Shown here: piece after piece, positions 1 to 14,100 of the stretch
How the letters are laid out: each line of letters begins with the position of its first letter
How positions within the stretch are numbered: the stretch's first letter is position 1
Source: Scyliorhinus canicula
Taxonomy: Eukaryota
Assembly: GCF_902713615.1 (NCBI RefSeq)
Contig: NC_052157.1
Coordinates: forward strand, 113,291,524 to 113,355,523
DNA length: 64,000 nucleotides
Direction: 5' to 3'
Position numbers and translations under genes: made by a program
The notes under the pieces: generated by a model
What the model was told of the DNA's origin: nothing
The model's database searches: none
What the model saw: the letters and a program-made list of their open reading frames with translations, nothing else

Positions 1-3000
1 TGAAAATGAATGGTGTAGTGGAAAACGACAACTTTCCACCTCCTTCCAACTCCTCCACAAAGAGCAGATAATCCCAGTTTAAGAATCCTGGGGCAATAGT
101 TGTTGAGCTCCAAGGGGCTCAGTACTCTTGAATTAGGGAAGAAATGATGGGAAAGGTTCCATGCCAACTTACAACTCTTATTGTAAAGTGGGTATCAATT
201 TATGTAGAATGAGGGGGGACAAAAATTGAAGCTTGGTTCTAATTAGCAACGTCCTGACAAGGCTTGAGGCTCACACTCAAAGAATGAAATTCTGGTGAGG
301 TACTACTAGCAAGGGAACTAAAACCTTCAAGACATAATGAGGATGTGATGAAAGCTTGCACAAAAAGAGACAGCAAAGAATGGGTATTATCCTCATATAG
401 GAATATGTGATGGTTGGTAAAGTTCAGGTGCAAATCATTTCAGAATTCAGTGTTGGAGCAAAACAAAAAAAGGTTTATAATCACAGCTTTTTTTATTTAA
501 AACCATTTCCATTTAATGACATAAGCAAAAATCAGATCTGAACATTCGCAGCCAGCTCTACCTCTGAACATTCACTCACTAGTTCTATCAAGCTAGGTAG
601 CACTGATAGAAGACTACAATTTTTTTTAAAAAAAGCATACTAACAAATCTCCACAGCCACCCATTCTTTCTACAACTTCCTCATCAACACTCGTCACTCA
701 GACATGTTTGTTACCATCCATGCCATTGGGATCAATGTAATTTCTTGCTTTTTATTCAGTAGCAGTACATAGGTGTATACTCGGCAGCTGCCTCTTCTGG
801 ATCAAAATATGTGTAAACACAGGACATTTTCTGCATCTGGAAACAAACCTCACCAGTTACAAAGATCAAGGGAATTGATGGAACTTGGCAGTTAATAAGA
901 TACTCTCAAATGTTCTAGTCTCAAAATTTAGGCATGAAGGGATCTTTGGAATAGGCAGTTCCAAAATGCTGGAAACCTCAGCTCAATACCCAGTTACGAC
1001 AAAGCGTTTGGAGAGAAATGTGCAATGTTGAGATTCAAGTGCCAAGGTATCACACCCATGGCATGTGTGGTTTAAAACAGCAAAATGCTTTAATTGAAAC
1101 ATCTTCCATGTCTTTGGCATTTCCCCCTCCCAAATCTATATTTCGCTCTCTAGATCCTGTCACATTACTTTGGCCAGCCAGTATATTAGAGGTGATTAGA
1201 TAACATGCAGACTTCCGTCCTCCCTAAAATGCAGCACTTCTGGCACCAAAGTGCCTAATTCAACGGCCTGGATGAAGACTAACAGCAAAATGACAGGTGG
1301 GACTGGTCTTCAGAGTTATAACTTCAGTCTGTTACTGGTGAAGGTGCAGAAATTTTCCCACAGGATTCACACACAACAGATGGCTGATTTTCTTTTTGAA
1401 GAGGTGCTGAAGGACAGCTTCAATCATTTCAAATAAAGCTGGTTACGAAAAAGAAATCGGTTTTTAGGACCACCAAGTTTGGTTTGGAAACTACCTCACA
1501 CTTAAGACGATTATTTTAATTTCTGCAACAAAAAAAATGTACTGCTGATTTTTAAGACAGGCTGACTCGGCTAATGATGCAACAATACTGGGCTCACATA
1601 GTGTGGTGGGGTGTGGAGAATAGTTCATAGTTCACACTACACCCTAAAGAGAGAATTGTCCAGTAATTGGAAGTGTTGTTCACCCAGATGCTGTTCTTTT
1701 TTGGATATACATGAACCATCCCCGGGAGATTTTTAAAATTAGGAGGAAAAGATCGGAATAACTATGATGAAAATGATCATTGCCTTTGTGATCATTTGAG
1801 CTATTTTTGAAAAAGACTGCAGCTAACCGAGCAGCTGAAGCAAGTGTCACTTGAAATAAATCTAATAAACAGGTTCTCGGGGCAAAGATTGATAGCAAAG
1901 TTGTCATGATGTGTGGGGAAACGTCACTATTAACTAATGCTGAAAATAATCAGCAAGTCTAATAGCATCTGCGGAGAGAAAGAGTTAACTTTTAATATCT
2001 GCAAACTTTTAACAAGAGCTCAGGGTCATAGGGTTCAGGTCATATACCCAAAATATTAACTCTCTCTCTACAGATGCTGCCAGACCTGCTGAGTAGTTCA
2101 ACCACTGTCAGATTTCCAGCATCCGCAGTATTTTGCTTTGATATTAATTTGAATTTTAGGTGATCAACATTTATGACTCAGCATGGAAGTGGCATACCTA
2201 ATTCATTTACATAGGCTAACTAATTCAATGAAAGCAGGGGTGCCCAACATGGAGCTTGTTGCAACACCCGAACCCTGGCCTTGTTTGCAAAGGTATTTTG
2301 TTTATGGTTCAATCCTGTTGGAATTGTGGACATAGAAGTTTGGAGGTTCCTGTCTCTACCTCTATGCTACGGAATTTCCAAATGAGAACGCCAACATCTA
2401 TTGATTCAGCAATTCTGATTTATGCGAATCAATGGGAACATAAAATGCAAACATTATATGTGCTCCCCTCACCCCAACACACTTCCAAAGCTTTACAACA
2501 CCCACCTATGTGACCTGGGATGACAAGATTGTACAACCCTGATTTAAAGTGACCTCGACAACCTGAAGGGAAATGATTAATGCAGTGGGATGCCAATTAA
2601 GGAAACGAATCACTTCAAGATTTTAGTACAGAACAAGAAATGCTGCCTTTAGCCACTCAAACTCTGACAAATGCTTAGGAATTGTGGGGGAAACATTTTA
2701 AATGGGCAAGTACATACGACATTAGAGCTGGGTGGAAAATAAGGAAAGTGGATAATAACAGTAAACAAAAGTAATGATCTCCCTGTGTCTGACCCCCCAC
2801 AACCTAAAAGATGTGCAGGGTAGGTCAACTGGCTACACTAAATTTCACCCCAATTGGAAAGAAAAGAATTGGGTAGTCTAAATTTTTTTTTTTTTAAATG
2901 TTAAAAAAACAAAAGTAATGATAGCATGTAAAAATGGGTCATACAAATAGCGTCTGCAGCATCTCTTGTTAAAACTGCAAGATAACAAATACTGTATCCA

Positions 3001-5213
3001 AAATTCTGGGGTGATTTGAAATAAAGGGGACTAATACGGGATGCTTCAATGATGCAGAGGATGGCAGCACTGAACTGCTTGGGTACGATTGTTATCAGTT
3101 GTGCAAGAGTGCCAGAAATGCTAGCACCCTGCCGTGGCATTGGATTCCCTCTTACGGACAAGGGAGTGGTTTAAAAAACAATATTGATTGTTACATATAA
3201 ATCAATGCTTCAGACTATTTTGCTTTCCAAAAAAGATGGATTCTGTGGATAAATCTCACCATGCAGCAAATTGAACAGGTGAGAGAATTAAATTTGTAAG
3301 ATGATCTAAAGCTCCTTTGTAGCACGTTTTCTTCACAGTCCCATAATCTGCTTGACTCTTGGAAAGTAACCTGCTACCTATCAGAGTGGTCAGCTCAAAT
3401 TTATTGCCATTAATAATCTAATCAGCAAACAAGTATATATACATATTTGAAAACCACCTTTGCAACTGGCTTGGGGGCCAGCATTGGGAGAGAAGTGACT
3501 TACAACCACTATTGGAACACACGAGCCCAAAAACTGACTGGGATAATATTGCTTTTTATGAACATGAAATTCAGGGGACTTTTACAGGTAGTGTTAAACT
3601 CAATGTGGACATTTGATTAAAGAGACACTTGAATTCAGAATCAAGACTCCAGCATGCATGACTGGAAATAAAACCAATCACTTGCTTTGGTAAAAATTCA
3701 CAAGTCAACCATTTTCGTCCTCCAATCTTCCTCGGTTGAGGGCAGTCAGTTGGCAGGATGCAATAGCACAGGGACCAGCATCTCCACTATCATGCAGTTG
3801 AGTATTCTTCACCACCAGCCAGCTGTTCAAACTGATCACTGTTGAGGCCAACCCTGTTCTCTTCAGACACCTAGAGTCCAGACATTTTAGCAGGAACACT
3901 GGAAAACGATTAGGTGCACTTTGGATCACTCCCGCCACCACACCCTCCCAAATCATGATGATTTTCAATACCTGCTCATCTACCCAACCTATGATTGGCA
4001 TTTTCTGTGTACCACAGAATTACTGAGGGCTCCCTGGCTTTCTTATAATTTAGCATTGTGGATTATACAGGACTAGTTCCAAGTAGGAACATCCCCCAAT
4101 CTCCTTTATCACTGCCAGATGCAATCCAAACCGTATAGTCCAAGAAGATTACAGGTTTAGATACCATCCTGTACTAAGTTAACTGATCTGCGATATGACA
4201 ACGGTTAGACATTGGGAAGCAATGTGTGTAAAATAGTAGTCTGTCACTAGGTAAAGTGCTTATTGGGAGGGAGGGGTTGAAGAGTGCAAACAAAGGAGCA
4301 AATTACACCTCAAAGGATTCTGTTCTCAAAAACTCTCCATCCACAAGTCTTCTGCTGGGGGAACAATCTCAATTAATTCAGAACGGATGTTGGTTTCAAA
4401 CCTAATTTCGACACCCAATCATACAATACCTTAGACAGTGCAATTACTGTCCCCCTGCATACCAATAATCACATCTTTTTTGTCCTGTACAATCGAAAAA
4501 AACATTCCTTGCTGTTGACATGAAAAAATTGCTACATTTTCACTTCCACCCGCACCTCTGATAATCAATGTGCATCATAGAAACCAAATAAAGTTTTTTT
4601 TAATAAATGGCTCCCTCCATTTCAAACAAAACCCCCAGCAATGACTGCTACCTGGCTAACTGACTGCAGAGAGGATCGCATTCATAATGGATCCTGTGCT
4701 TATGCCATATCCACACATAGGCAATTTTCCAGCGGCCAGCAACAATGGCTGACAACTCTCCTCCCATAATCTACAGAGTGGAAGATACATGCAGCAGTCC
4801 CTGTAGCTTCAAGGGCTGTGCTCTGCTAACAGCATGGGCCAGGAATTTTTCCCTACAGCTTAATGTAAACTCTGAATTAATCTTTATCCACCAAGAAATC
4901 AAAAGGAAATTTTTAAAAAACCTTTAAATGACACCCACATTTTATCCAGTATTATTTTGGCCCAAATACAGGCACGAGTATACCAACCTACGTGTAACTT
5001 TCAGCAAAAGAAAAATCATTGAATCCCAAATGTTTTTCACACACCATTAGTTCTTCCAAACTTACTCACACCAACTTCATATTCCATAGTTAAAAACCAA
5101 TTTGTACATACAATTGTTTACCAGAAGTATACTATTTAACCAGTGTAGCGTTAAGTCTCAATGAACCAAGCTTGAAGGAACGTAGAGGTTTTTGCTTAAA
5201 TATAAAAATAAAA

Positions 5214-8040
5214 TTTATTGTTTTCTTTTTAAACAATTTTATCTAAATTTAGAAGTTGCCAATCACCCGCACACATTCATACTCAGACGTCACAAAATGG
5301 CAGTCGTTTATAATGGGATGAGGAGGAACCTTCAATCTGTCTCGTCACTTGGACCAGCCAGAATTGTCTTAAAAACTTTCCAATGGAAATAGTACAAACA
5401 TTCTCTGAAAATAGTTCATAAATGGTTAGAGTGCAGTGTCTAACAGAGCAATGTACGCAATCAATGATTGGATGTATATCGTAAAAGAGGTCATCACAGT
5501 TTTTTAAAAATCTCCTACGTCCCATCCCTTCCATTGTTTAACATTTGTCCTCCCTCTTTGAACCATTCTTGATTTTAAGTTAGTTGCACCTCTCTGAGCC
5601 AGTCAACTTTTATCCACTGCGATGGGGAGGTAAATGATTTCCAAATTTGTCAATGGCAGATCACACAGCATTGTACACTGACATAGTCTGAACGGAAGAA
5701 CACCGTCTCACAATGCTACCTGATGGAAGCCCTCATTAGTTATTGGCTATTTACCATTTCGGAACCATTGAGGGGCAAAACTAATCACATATGGCCGGCA
5801 ACGTGAAAAATACCCAGGGATGGGAGTGTGGGGGAAACAGGGGTTAGATGGGGGCAATAGACAACAGGAAGGATGTTAGAGGAAGTCCAGTTTTGTTACC
5901 ACTTGGAGACGACAACGTTTTGTGAAAAGGAGTTGCAAAATTTACATGTGATTTTATGACAAGCACAAGGAAGCTTACTGTTTCTCCATGTAAACACATG
6001 CAGATCAACTTGTGCTGGATGCTGCCTCCTCTCAATCCCCTCCAAATCCTATCCCGTTTCTGGAACTTTCCCAATTTTCATTCAGCAGCTTAGAAGATGG
6101 GTCAGTTCTCACTATGGGAATGCAAACCACTCCACATCAATTGACCATTAGCAGATTGACGATGTGCCCCAGGAGGCACTCCTATCTGGACTATTGGGCA
6201 CAGGCAGTGGCATTATTTGAGTGCCAGTCCATTCTGTTCCACAACTGGTCTAAGGGCCCCCAAAACTGGCATTGTCATGTTGCCCAACACTTAATTGGTT
6301 CCTGAGAAACCCTGCTCAATGTGTCATAAGATTTAATTAAAAAACGTTTGCCAAAAATATCCAAAACAAAAATAGATCCGACCTCATAACCTGCCATGAA
6401 CTTGGTATTCCAACAGCAGTACCACCAGGAAACTGGTGGGGTCCAACTTCAAGGCTCCACTCATACCATATTTTTGACAACAGGAAGCATGAGGTTTGTA
6501 TAAAACGTGATCTGTATCCCACCGGTTATAAAAAAAGCTCGACGCAACATGTCTACGTACCCAGTATAACGACTACTCCTAATAAAATCTGAGAGTTTAA
6601 AGTCAAGATTATTCAAAAAATTTTGATGAGCCACTTTACTCTTAAAATTTTTTTTTTGAAAAATCAGTTTGTTTTTAATAAAGAAAATTAAAACAGGTAC
6701 ATTTGCGAGCTGCACCCAAATAAGATGCAAGTACCTAGTCGCGGTTAAAATATACACGGTATATATGTATACATGTACAATTCTTCACATTGCCAGCCAA
6801 AGTTTTGGTATAAGCTGAAAAATTTTGTATTTTTTTTTAAACATTATAGCACCAGATTTTTAAAATCTGCTTTTGAGAGTCCTATATTGTGTAATCGGAA
6901 CCTCCTTCAAAACTCGCCATGACTGCCATTTCTCCATAGAACACTGCTTAATGTGTCACGCAGTTATAGTAGCAAAACACTATCGCATCAGATTAGCAAG
7001 AGTCAGATTCACATATATCCAATGAACCAGCCAGGTCCGGCATTACTAACATGCCGCCACACATACACTGAAATTTTTCCTCCAAACTCGATTCACTGAG
7101 CAGTAAAGTGAGATATACAAGCAAACACTGATAACATTACTGTATATAAAAAAAGTCCGACACTTGGGGTAAGGGGGGAAAAAGGGAGGGGGCTGGAGGA
7201 GTAGCATGGGAGGGGAGAGCAATTCGGATTTGTTTCCTTCACCTAACTAAACAACATATTTTAAACGAAGCTACTCACAGGAGGAAAAATAAAGAACAGA
7301 GGTAGGCAGCAAAGCAAAAGATGTTGAGAAGTGACTCAAACAGGCACAACATTTTCTTCCCCTAAGTTTCAGCAAGGGTTAGAATTCTTGTCAGATGTAA
7401 ACGAAAATGAATGACATGTCCAAGGAAAATGCAAAGGAGTACAAAAAGAAAAAAGATTGAACATTAGTCTCCAGTTCAGTTTTGCCTTTGGACAGAAGAC
7501 ACCACAGAAAGTGGCAATATTACTGGGAATTGTGCCCTTAAGAAATGTAATTTAAAAAATGTTTTCAAGTGCAGCAATTTGTACAAAAAACGGTCAGTCC
7601 GGAAAGGTCTGCAAATCGCATTTTACAGCAACCTTTAAAGTAAAATGTTTCAAGTAAAGCTATGCCTGTTGCTTAGAGTCACCCATTACTGCTGTACCCT
7701 GAACCAAACTAAGATCACTGTTCGGCAGTGGTCAGGTCAGTTTAAAGGGGATGTATGAACTTAAGACGATGAGGGCTTCACTGCAGTCCAACAAGCTTTC
7801 CATAATGTTGCAGAGAAATATTTTTCAGCAGCCACAAGCCATTCGTTGACAGTTCAAGCCCAGAGGGGGAAAAAACCCTAGATTTAAACAGAATTTTTCT
7901 CAAGTATATATTCTCGGCTTTTGAGGTCAGTTGGCTGCACATCCACGACTGGCGCTGTTTAGGGTACAAAAGTAAAAAGTGGTAATGGTTTTCAGAATAG
8001 TCAACACAATGTTCATTTGCGCCATTCACATTTCCAATGT
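5214..8040 (-). other. Probable POM121 3' UTR; candidate poly(A) signals ATTAAA 6679-6674 and AATAAA 5219-5214
   Basis: Follows the stop codon, AU-rich and free of recognisable repeats, with TGTA motifs upstream of the ATTAAA. The true end cannot be determined from sequence. Confidence 0.45.
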
Positions 8041-8135
8041 CTATCTCTTCCGGACATGCTGCCGTCTAGCCTGCAATCTCTGTCTGGTTCCAGTAGGTCG
8101 CGATCCAGCTCCTATAGAAAAGGTTGGTGTAGCTG
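8041..8135 (-). CDS. POM121: POM121 last coding exon: [31 protein letters not shown]
   Basis: Acceptor ttctgtttctcccag (tandem CAGCAG), TAG at 8043-8041. The C-terminus matches human [14 protein letters not shown] as recalled. Confidence 0.93.
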
Positions 8136-11100
8136 CTGGGAGAAACAGAATTGAAGGACTGTTAATCATGGATCACTGATATTAATGACTGTGCCCATGG
8201 TAGGCAAAGATCAGGAGGGAATTGCTTTGTATGGAGACCCAAAGCATTCCCACGTACTGCTTGGGCCACCTGACAAGAGTGCAAGGCACTTCTTGTTCAC
8301 GGTGTTGGAATAGAATATTGTCAGAGACAATAGACCAGGAGCGATAAACCAAACAGTACACGCACATCTGGAGAAAAGACTGAGCTCAGCAAAGATTGGA
8401 CAATCCCAACTACAGACATTTACCACTGCTCATCATTGCTTTAAGCAGCTGACCCATTGGAGAGCCCAAATGGATGATTACTAATCTACATTCAAAGTTT
8501 TACCTTTACCAATGTTTTTGACTTAACTGCCCAAGCAAGCCAATCTTTACTGCGCAGACTGCAGTGAGAATCAATGTTGGACCCCACCATCTTCACAACA
8601 AGATCACAAATGGGCTAGAAAAGGCCAATGAAACCCAACCCCCGAGAATACATAATAGAGCAGCACGGTGGCACAATGGTTAGAACTGCTGCCTCAGCGC
8701 CAGGGACAGAGCTCAATTCCAACCTGAGTGGCTGTCTGTGTGGAGTTTGCACTTTCTCCCCGGGCCTGCGTGGGTTTCCTCCGGGTGCTCCGGTTTCCTC
8801 CCAGCATCTAAAGATGCACAGATTAGGTGGATTGGCCATGCTAAATTCCCTCTTAGGTATCCAACGGTTAGATGGGATTATGGGGATAGGGTGGGGGTCT
8901 TTCAAAGGGTCGGTGCAGACTCGACGGGCCAAATGGTCTCCTTCTGTACTCTAGGATTCTATGACTTTTTAAAAAAAGTCTCCCTAATTTTCAATACTTT
9001 AAGCTTTGTGCAAAAGTATATGGACTGAAACTGGCAGCTTTCAGTGCTTTCTCCTTACATAAAGCTTGAGCCGGAACCAAAGTTAGAGTTTTAATGGGGC
9101 CTCAGTTTTTGATTGCGCACAGAGAACCTGCCAGTAGAGTTACTGACGTAGTCAACCATCAGTATTTACTAGGGGCCGATTTGAGTAGGGGCCTAATGAT
9201 TCTCATGGTGATAACACTGACTCAGGTATATTGATTTAGTCCAGCTGGCCAGGCTTACAGGGGAGTTCAATTCCTTTCAGCAGGATTTCAGCTGTCCAAT
9301 AAATGGACTGACCAAAGGTTTTGTCAAAGCTACTCATACATATCAGGTTTCAGTAAACATTGAAAGCTGTATTCTAGAAATTCTCCCATCTGTCAAGCCA
9401 CAGGATGAACATGTAGAATCTCTACTCCGCTATTAATTATTTATTATGATAGAACCTCTACTCTGCTACAAACAGTCACGCAGGTTCCTTAAGTTGGCGT
9501 AACTGCCAGGGACACTCAATGAATAGAACTGATAAGGTGAAGCAGATAATCATTGTGTTTTACATAACAGGGGTCTGTGACAATGGGAACTTTCTCACCA
9601 AATGCTGATGCTGCTGCTGCTGCACTTGCTCCTGGACTCCCAAAGTTTGATGCTGGAGCACCAGTGGTCCCAAAGGAAAAGCTGCCGCTTGGGGCACTCT
9701 GTCCAAATCCAGGTACAGCAGTCCCTGGAAGAACAGGAAAAGACATCAAGCTGTTAAATATCCATTTTACACAGAATCAGTAGTAAATATAAAAGTGCCT
9801 TGGTTCTGGTGAGAATGAGAAATTTCTAACACTAATTACAGATGCAAACCTTTTACATTATAGTCCCACAAAATCTTGCTGCTTTCTTTAATGAATCATT
9901 CTCGCTTCCAGGAAGTCCTGTAACGCTTTACCTACTATGGACCAATAGTTCCCGTGGTTACCTTTGGTGTTATATTTTTCCAATCCTTGGATGATGTTTT
10001 CATAGAATGTGGTTGATTTTAGCTCACCATTTTTCTTTGGTACGATGGATGTTTCCACCTGGGCTCGTTGCCCATGCCCTCATGCTCGCAGTGTCCTTCA
10101 CCTCCACACTTGTTGGGCATGATTTAACAGAAAAGTTTCTCAGTGTCATTTGCGGCAGGTTTTCTGGGAGTTCCCCACCACTATGTAATGACACTTAGTC
10201 ACTTTTTTGGGCCCTGGAGAGATCGAGCTGCCACTTGGAAAAGGTGCCCCGATCTCGAAGTGAGCTTGTGAGTCCCCCAGCCATGGGCAATGTCACCCCT
10301 CCCCCAAACCTTATCAGTGCCACGGTGACCGTGCCATGGTGCTCACATTCCAGGGGAAGGGCCAGAGGGCACCCTACAATATCCCTGACCACCCAGGGGC
10401 CTCTGATGGTTTGGGATACCCCCGGGTGCCGTTCCCACCTGGTCCACTTTTGTGTGGACCAGGACCAAATGGTGCCCGGCTGCGGTCTCTCTGGGGAGGC
10501 CAGTACATAGTGGGTAAGTAGGCCTTAAGGAGGTTTAAGGCCCACTTACGCGTGTGTGGCTTGGTCCCACCCATTGTAGGTGGGTTCCTGATGCCTCGTG
10601 GGACCTGAGTAGATCCCGCGAGGCGTCGTGGCTGTCGGGAAGCTTCACCCAGGATCTACAAGCCACGTCGCACTCCCATTGAGGCACAAGCCGTGGTTGG
10701 TAGGTCGCACCCAGTATTTCCAATATTCAGACCGTTTCCCTCAACCTGGGCTCCAATATGAACATGGTCTCAATGAATCCTCGTTCACCCTCAGAGACAA
10801 TTGAGTGAGAATTCAGGTGAAAGACTGAAGCCATTGTTTTTGATCCCTGCCTGACTTAACCACCCAAGTACAAACCAGACTGCTTGCGCACATGGTGGCC
10901 TATTTGACCTCCAAGATGAGCTTTCAGCCACACACCTGCAACAACAAGACTCTATTTGTATAACATTGTCTAACATGGCCCCACCTCAATTTATCTTCTG
11001 TTGAAGCCCCCTGTATTCTATTGTGCTCCATGTGCAGTTCAGCCCTTGCTAAGCTAGTGTCTCCCAGTTAATCAATGCCTCAATTTTAGAATTTTAATAT

Positions 11101-14100
11101 TTGTTTTCAAATCCCTCTCGGACCTTCTCCCTCCCATCTTTGTGATCTCCTCCAATCCTATCAAGGTATTTGCATTCCTCCAATCCTGGTACCCTGCACA
11201 TCTGACTTTAATGACCACATCGTTGATGGCTATGTCTTAAGCTGCCCAGGTCTTATAGTTCTGGGATTCCCTCACTAAACCTTTCTGCTTCTCCATCTTG
11301 CTTTTCTCCTTTAAGAGCTTCCTAAAAACTTCTCTCTATTTACTTATATGGCTCGGTGGCAAATTTTGTTTGATGATACTCCTGTGAACTACTTTAAAAG
11401 TGCTTTACAAATTTAAGCTGTTGTGCACGGACTCCCAGTGCTCCGGTTTCCTCCCACAAGTCCCGAAAGACGTGCTGTTAGATTATTTGGACATTCTGAA
11501 TTCTCCCTCTGTGTACCTGAACAGGCGGTGGAATGTGGCAACTAGGGGCTTTTCACAGTAACGTCATTGCAATGTTAATGTAAGTCTACTTGTGACAATA
11601 AAGATTATTCCCTGCACCTAGTTGTTCTTTGACACACTGCTTACCCCTGTTCTGCCATTAACACATTCTGATCTCATAATCTGCTACTACCAGCACTCTT
11701 CTTAGTCACTATCACCACCATTTACATTCCCTTTTGTCTTTTTATTCACAGCATCTTTCTCAATCTCTACCTATCACTGGCTCTCTATCCTGTACCATGC
11801 ACCCCTCCCAACCCTTCCCGCACAACAGTATAAACCTGATCCTATTTCCAGTTACCTATAGCTCGGACAAAGAGTCATCCAGATGTGAAAAATTAGCCTC
11901 ATTCTCTCTCCACAGATGCTGTCAGACCTGAGATTTTTTTAAAAATAAACTGAGTACCGAAATCTATTTTTCAAATTAAGGGGCAATTTAGCATGGACAA
12001 TCCACCTACCCTGCACATCTTTGGGTTGTGAGGATGGGACCCATGCAGACACAGGGAGAATGTGCAAACTCCACATAGACAGTGACCCGGGGCTGGGATC
12101 GAACCCGGGTCCTTGGCACCATGAGGCAGCAGTGCTAACCACTGAGCCACCATGCTATCAGACCTCAGATTGTGCAGCATTTTCTGTTTGTGTTTTTACA
12201 GCACCTTTAACATAAAAGATCCCAAGGCGCTCCAGAAACATTATTCAGCAAACCATGACACCTAGCCACATAGACAGCTCAGATGACCAAAAGCTTGGTC
12301 AAAGAGATAGAAGTTTTAAGGAGAATCTTAAAAGGAGCAAAGAGAAGGAAGCTGAAAGGTAGACAGTTTTAGGGAGGAAATTCCTGCACTGCAGTCTAAA
12401 GCAGTAAGGGACAAATACAAAACTGCATTCACAGAATGAAGCACGCCAGATGCAATATCTCCAAAAAACAAGCTAAAATGGCCAATTTATCACAAATGCT
12501 TTATCCTAATAAACCATTTCTGAAAGGACAATGTTTAACCTTGTTTTTACAAAAACCGTTTCTCCCATTTTGAGAAGCTGACCCCTGCTGGGTGTATTTG
12601 CATAGCCATGCGGACGTTCTAGTACTTCATCAAGTGGCCATTCTTCATGATTGAGCATCAGTGGGCTATTCAACTGTAAGAGATATCCCAGCCATGTCTA
12701 TTATTCATATAAATATATCTTCAGCTGTTGTGATGAGGGAGAATTTCAGGAGCGATGCCCCGATTTTTCACCTCACATATTGATATGTACTATGTGGTAA
12801 CTGCCAACTGTTCACACTGTTCATGACCTGCTTGCACTGCTCAATCTTAACAATTTGCACTTCCCAGGCATTGCGGATTGTATTCCATGCATGCACAAAA
12901 TTCCAGAGATTGTGTGGAACCAATGTTAATCAGTCTGTTGGTGCTGGAAACTTGCTTCATCTTAAAATCTTTTAAAAAAATATAGCTCAATGTTTTCTAA
13001 CAACAGCTACCTATACTTGGGTTGTACAAACAAATATATTTCAACCGATTTGTTTTTTTGATCAGTTTACAGCACTAGAAAGATGGAATTTCCTCATTTA
13101 GTACCCTGCTGCATAGAACCCCTACAGTGCAGAAGGAGGGTCACCGAAGCCCATTCCCCATCCTATTCCCATAACCCCACTAAATCCACCTAACCTACAT
13201 ATCTTTGGACTGTGGGAGGAAACCGGAGTACCCAGAGGAAACTCACGCAGACACAGTGAGAACGTGCAAACCCCACACAGTCACCCCAGGCCAGAATTGA
13301 ACCCTGGCACTGTGAAGCAGTAGTGCTAATCACTGCGTCACCGTGTCGCCCTGACTGTACAAAGAACAAAGGCATCATTTCAAATCACATTTGAGGGCCA
13401 ACTGTTTTGGATTTCTCCTGAAAACACAACAGGCGACTTGGCCTCCATATGTGCTTAAAAAACCCAAAAGCTCTATTTTGCACTCGCAAACTTTAGTTGT
13501 GAGCAGATAGAGCATTGTAAATTGTACCTGTGTTTCGAGGTTGACCACTGGAGACGGTAGTAGAGTTGCATGTAGTGAAGTAACAGCAAATAACTGGTCT
13601 GTACCGGTTTCAGCCCAATTTTAACATACCAGCAATACAATGCTAAATATATTCTTGAAAAGGGCTTAAAAGTTTCACCATGCTCACACCCACTGCCTTC
13701 GAATCCTGAAAGCGCAGATGGTCGAAAGAACAATAAAAATTTAAAACTGGGCTGTTCAGTAATGATTTGTCAGATGTCGAGTTAGAACTGTGGGAAGTGC
13801 CTGCTTGGAAAAAGCAGTAACATTTAAGAGAATATTTTGGAAGGAGACCATTCAAAAAGTACAGTACATTTTTAAACCAAAAAGTCACTCTCAGGATGAG
13901 GGCAACACTGCATTTATTGCTCATCCCCAGTTGTCCGAGATGGTACTGTGGTAAGACTTTCACAATGGATAGTCAGGTAATTCCAAGATTTTGCCCAAGT
14001 GATGACAAAGGAAGAAGAGCGTGACTGAGAGATGGTGGTACTGCTTTGCTACTGCTTCTCTTCTTGCTGGTAGGCATCATGGGTAGCGAGGTGCGCCTGA

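Noticed and set aside
1-5200. A second protein-coding gene at the window start
   Set aside because: Only short ORFs without recognisable motifs or a coherent exon chain.
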